A DNA stretch of 63,902 nucleotides, counting the filler, from Welwitschia mirabilis (Eukaryota), in assembly GCA_051453625.1 (NCBI GenBank). It is 7 parts of one record of this genome, joined end to end, with 100 filler letters (N's around TTAATTAATTAA, not from the genome) between each part and the next. Parts side by side here need not be neighbours in the genome. Positions count along the whole stretch, not along the records: positions 62,848 to 63,902 come from JBOZIK010000001.1; 6 more parts are not named here. The stretch is one strand, 5' to 3'. The notes beneath the pieces were generated by a model. That model did no database searches and was not told the origin of the DNA. It saw only the letters and a list, made by a program, of their open reading frames with translations. The position numbers and the translations under genes were made by a program. Positions 62,848-63,902 of the stretch are shown here, one piece after another. The first letter of the stretch is position 1, and every line of letters starts with the position of its first letter.

Positions 62848-63902
62848 ATGTAATTCCATGATTAGGACATTTGGCTAACAATATGTTATAACTATCCATG
62901 AATTCATTAAATCTTTCATTATTGCTTTGTTTAATATTCAGGAGTTGTTCTCTAAAATCTTCAACCACTGTCGCGAGTTGAAATGTAGCTAGGAAAGCAT
63001 TTTTAAGGGTTCCCCATGAACTAAAATAGTGATTAGGGTTTTTATGATATCATAATTAAGCATTTCCTTTTATGAAAAAAAACGAAAATATCTTAGAAAG
63101 TCAGATTCTTAGTTAAGATAATTATCTTTACAAAAAGCATCAAATAAGCTTGGGTGTAATAAGGGTGGTAGTATTTATGTTTTTTACTTTATCTAATTTC
63201 TATAAGACTATAGGATTGATAGGATTTAAATTATATAACCAGTAGGTATTATGATTTAATGGTTTAAAATCATCATCATCTTCCCAGTAACATCTTGTTA
63301 CAACTCTCTTTTCAGGTTTTCTGATCTAAACTATTTGAGAAGTTTCTCTTGGTGAGTGGAGTAATATAAGAATGCTACGTAATCATTGCTTAAATTCAAT
63401 CATCAATTCAGGAAAGATTTGGTCTTTTACCATCTTTTCTAAGGTTACTTCATCTTTTATAAAATCATTTTCCTCTACGTCTAATTTAATAATACTTTTG
63501 ACCCACTCATCTAGACCATATTTATGTGGATCTTTAATGTACCTTCCTCTTTCATCTTGTTATTTTTCTTAACTATCTTGTTACATGGCACTTTTCATCA
63601 TCTCTGTGAGTTAATTTTCGAGTGACCCTCCTTTTAGTGCCAAAATGGTAGGTGGCTTATATGATAAAATAAGTACAGAAAGTATCACAAAATAATATCA
63701 GAAACTATAAAATAATGCTGGAAAAATGTAAAAATTATGCTACTACTAACTTAAAATAAGCACACATAATTAAATAAAAATACATTAAAGGCTTACTAAA
63801 GACCTAGTTAAGTCTAACCATTTAGTTCAAAATTCATCATCATAATAGTCTTGTGATGAAGTTACTTGAACTAGTCAGGTTATTTATTGAAGCTTAATTA
63901 CT
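62848..63902 (-). mobile_element. Gypsy (Athila/Tat-type) element 5' part: LTR from 63646, PBS-Asn 63626-63642, gag remnant
   Basis: Minus-strand PNHYFSSWGTLKNAFLATF and AKCPNHG. The + strand ccctccttttagtgcca matches the plant tRNA-Asn 3' end CCCTCCTTCTAGCGCCA. Confidence 0.75.

Noticed and set aside
63615..63645. tRNA-like sequence (also the Asp-like 18-mers)
   Set aside because: Only the 3' 17-18 nt including CCA match, next to LTR ends. These are primer-binding sites, not tRNA genes.

Overview
AT-rich, gapped draft assembly of plant (angiosperm-type) nuclear DNA. It consists almost entirely of nested, decayed LTR retrotransposons, and I see no intact protein-coding or RNA gene. Ty3/gypsy Athila-type elements are represented by gag, protease, RT, RNase H, integrase and env-like remnants, with tRNA-Asp primer-binding sites (PBS) and one tRNA-Asn PBS. 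At least three Ty1/copia SIRE/Maximus (Sirevirus) families are present, with a tRNA-Met PBS, multiple polypurine tracts (PPT) and palindromic LTR motifs. Two CpG-rich hAT-like DNA-transposon ends and a multi-kb tandem duplication also occur. The only host-gene-derived sequence I recognise is an intronless, disabled copy of an ArfGAP + C2-domain gene (AGD11/AGD12-ZAC type) at about 21925-22600 (-). It breaks off mid-C2, joins an unidentified CpG-rich coding-like segment, and appears to lie antisense inside the 3' internal region of a Sirevirus. This possible chimeric gene capture is the best lead. I cannot support a claim of a new biological system. Boundaries were read by eye and are approximate, and most ORFs in the supplied track are TE fragments, antisense noise or N-gap artefacts.
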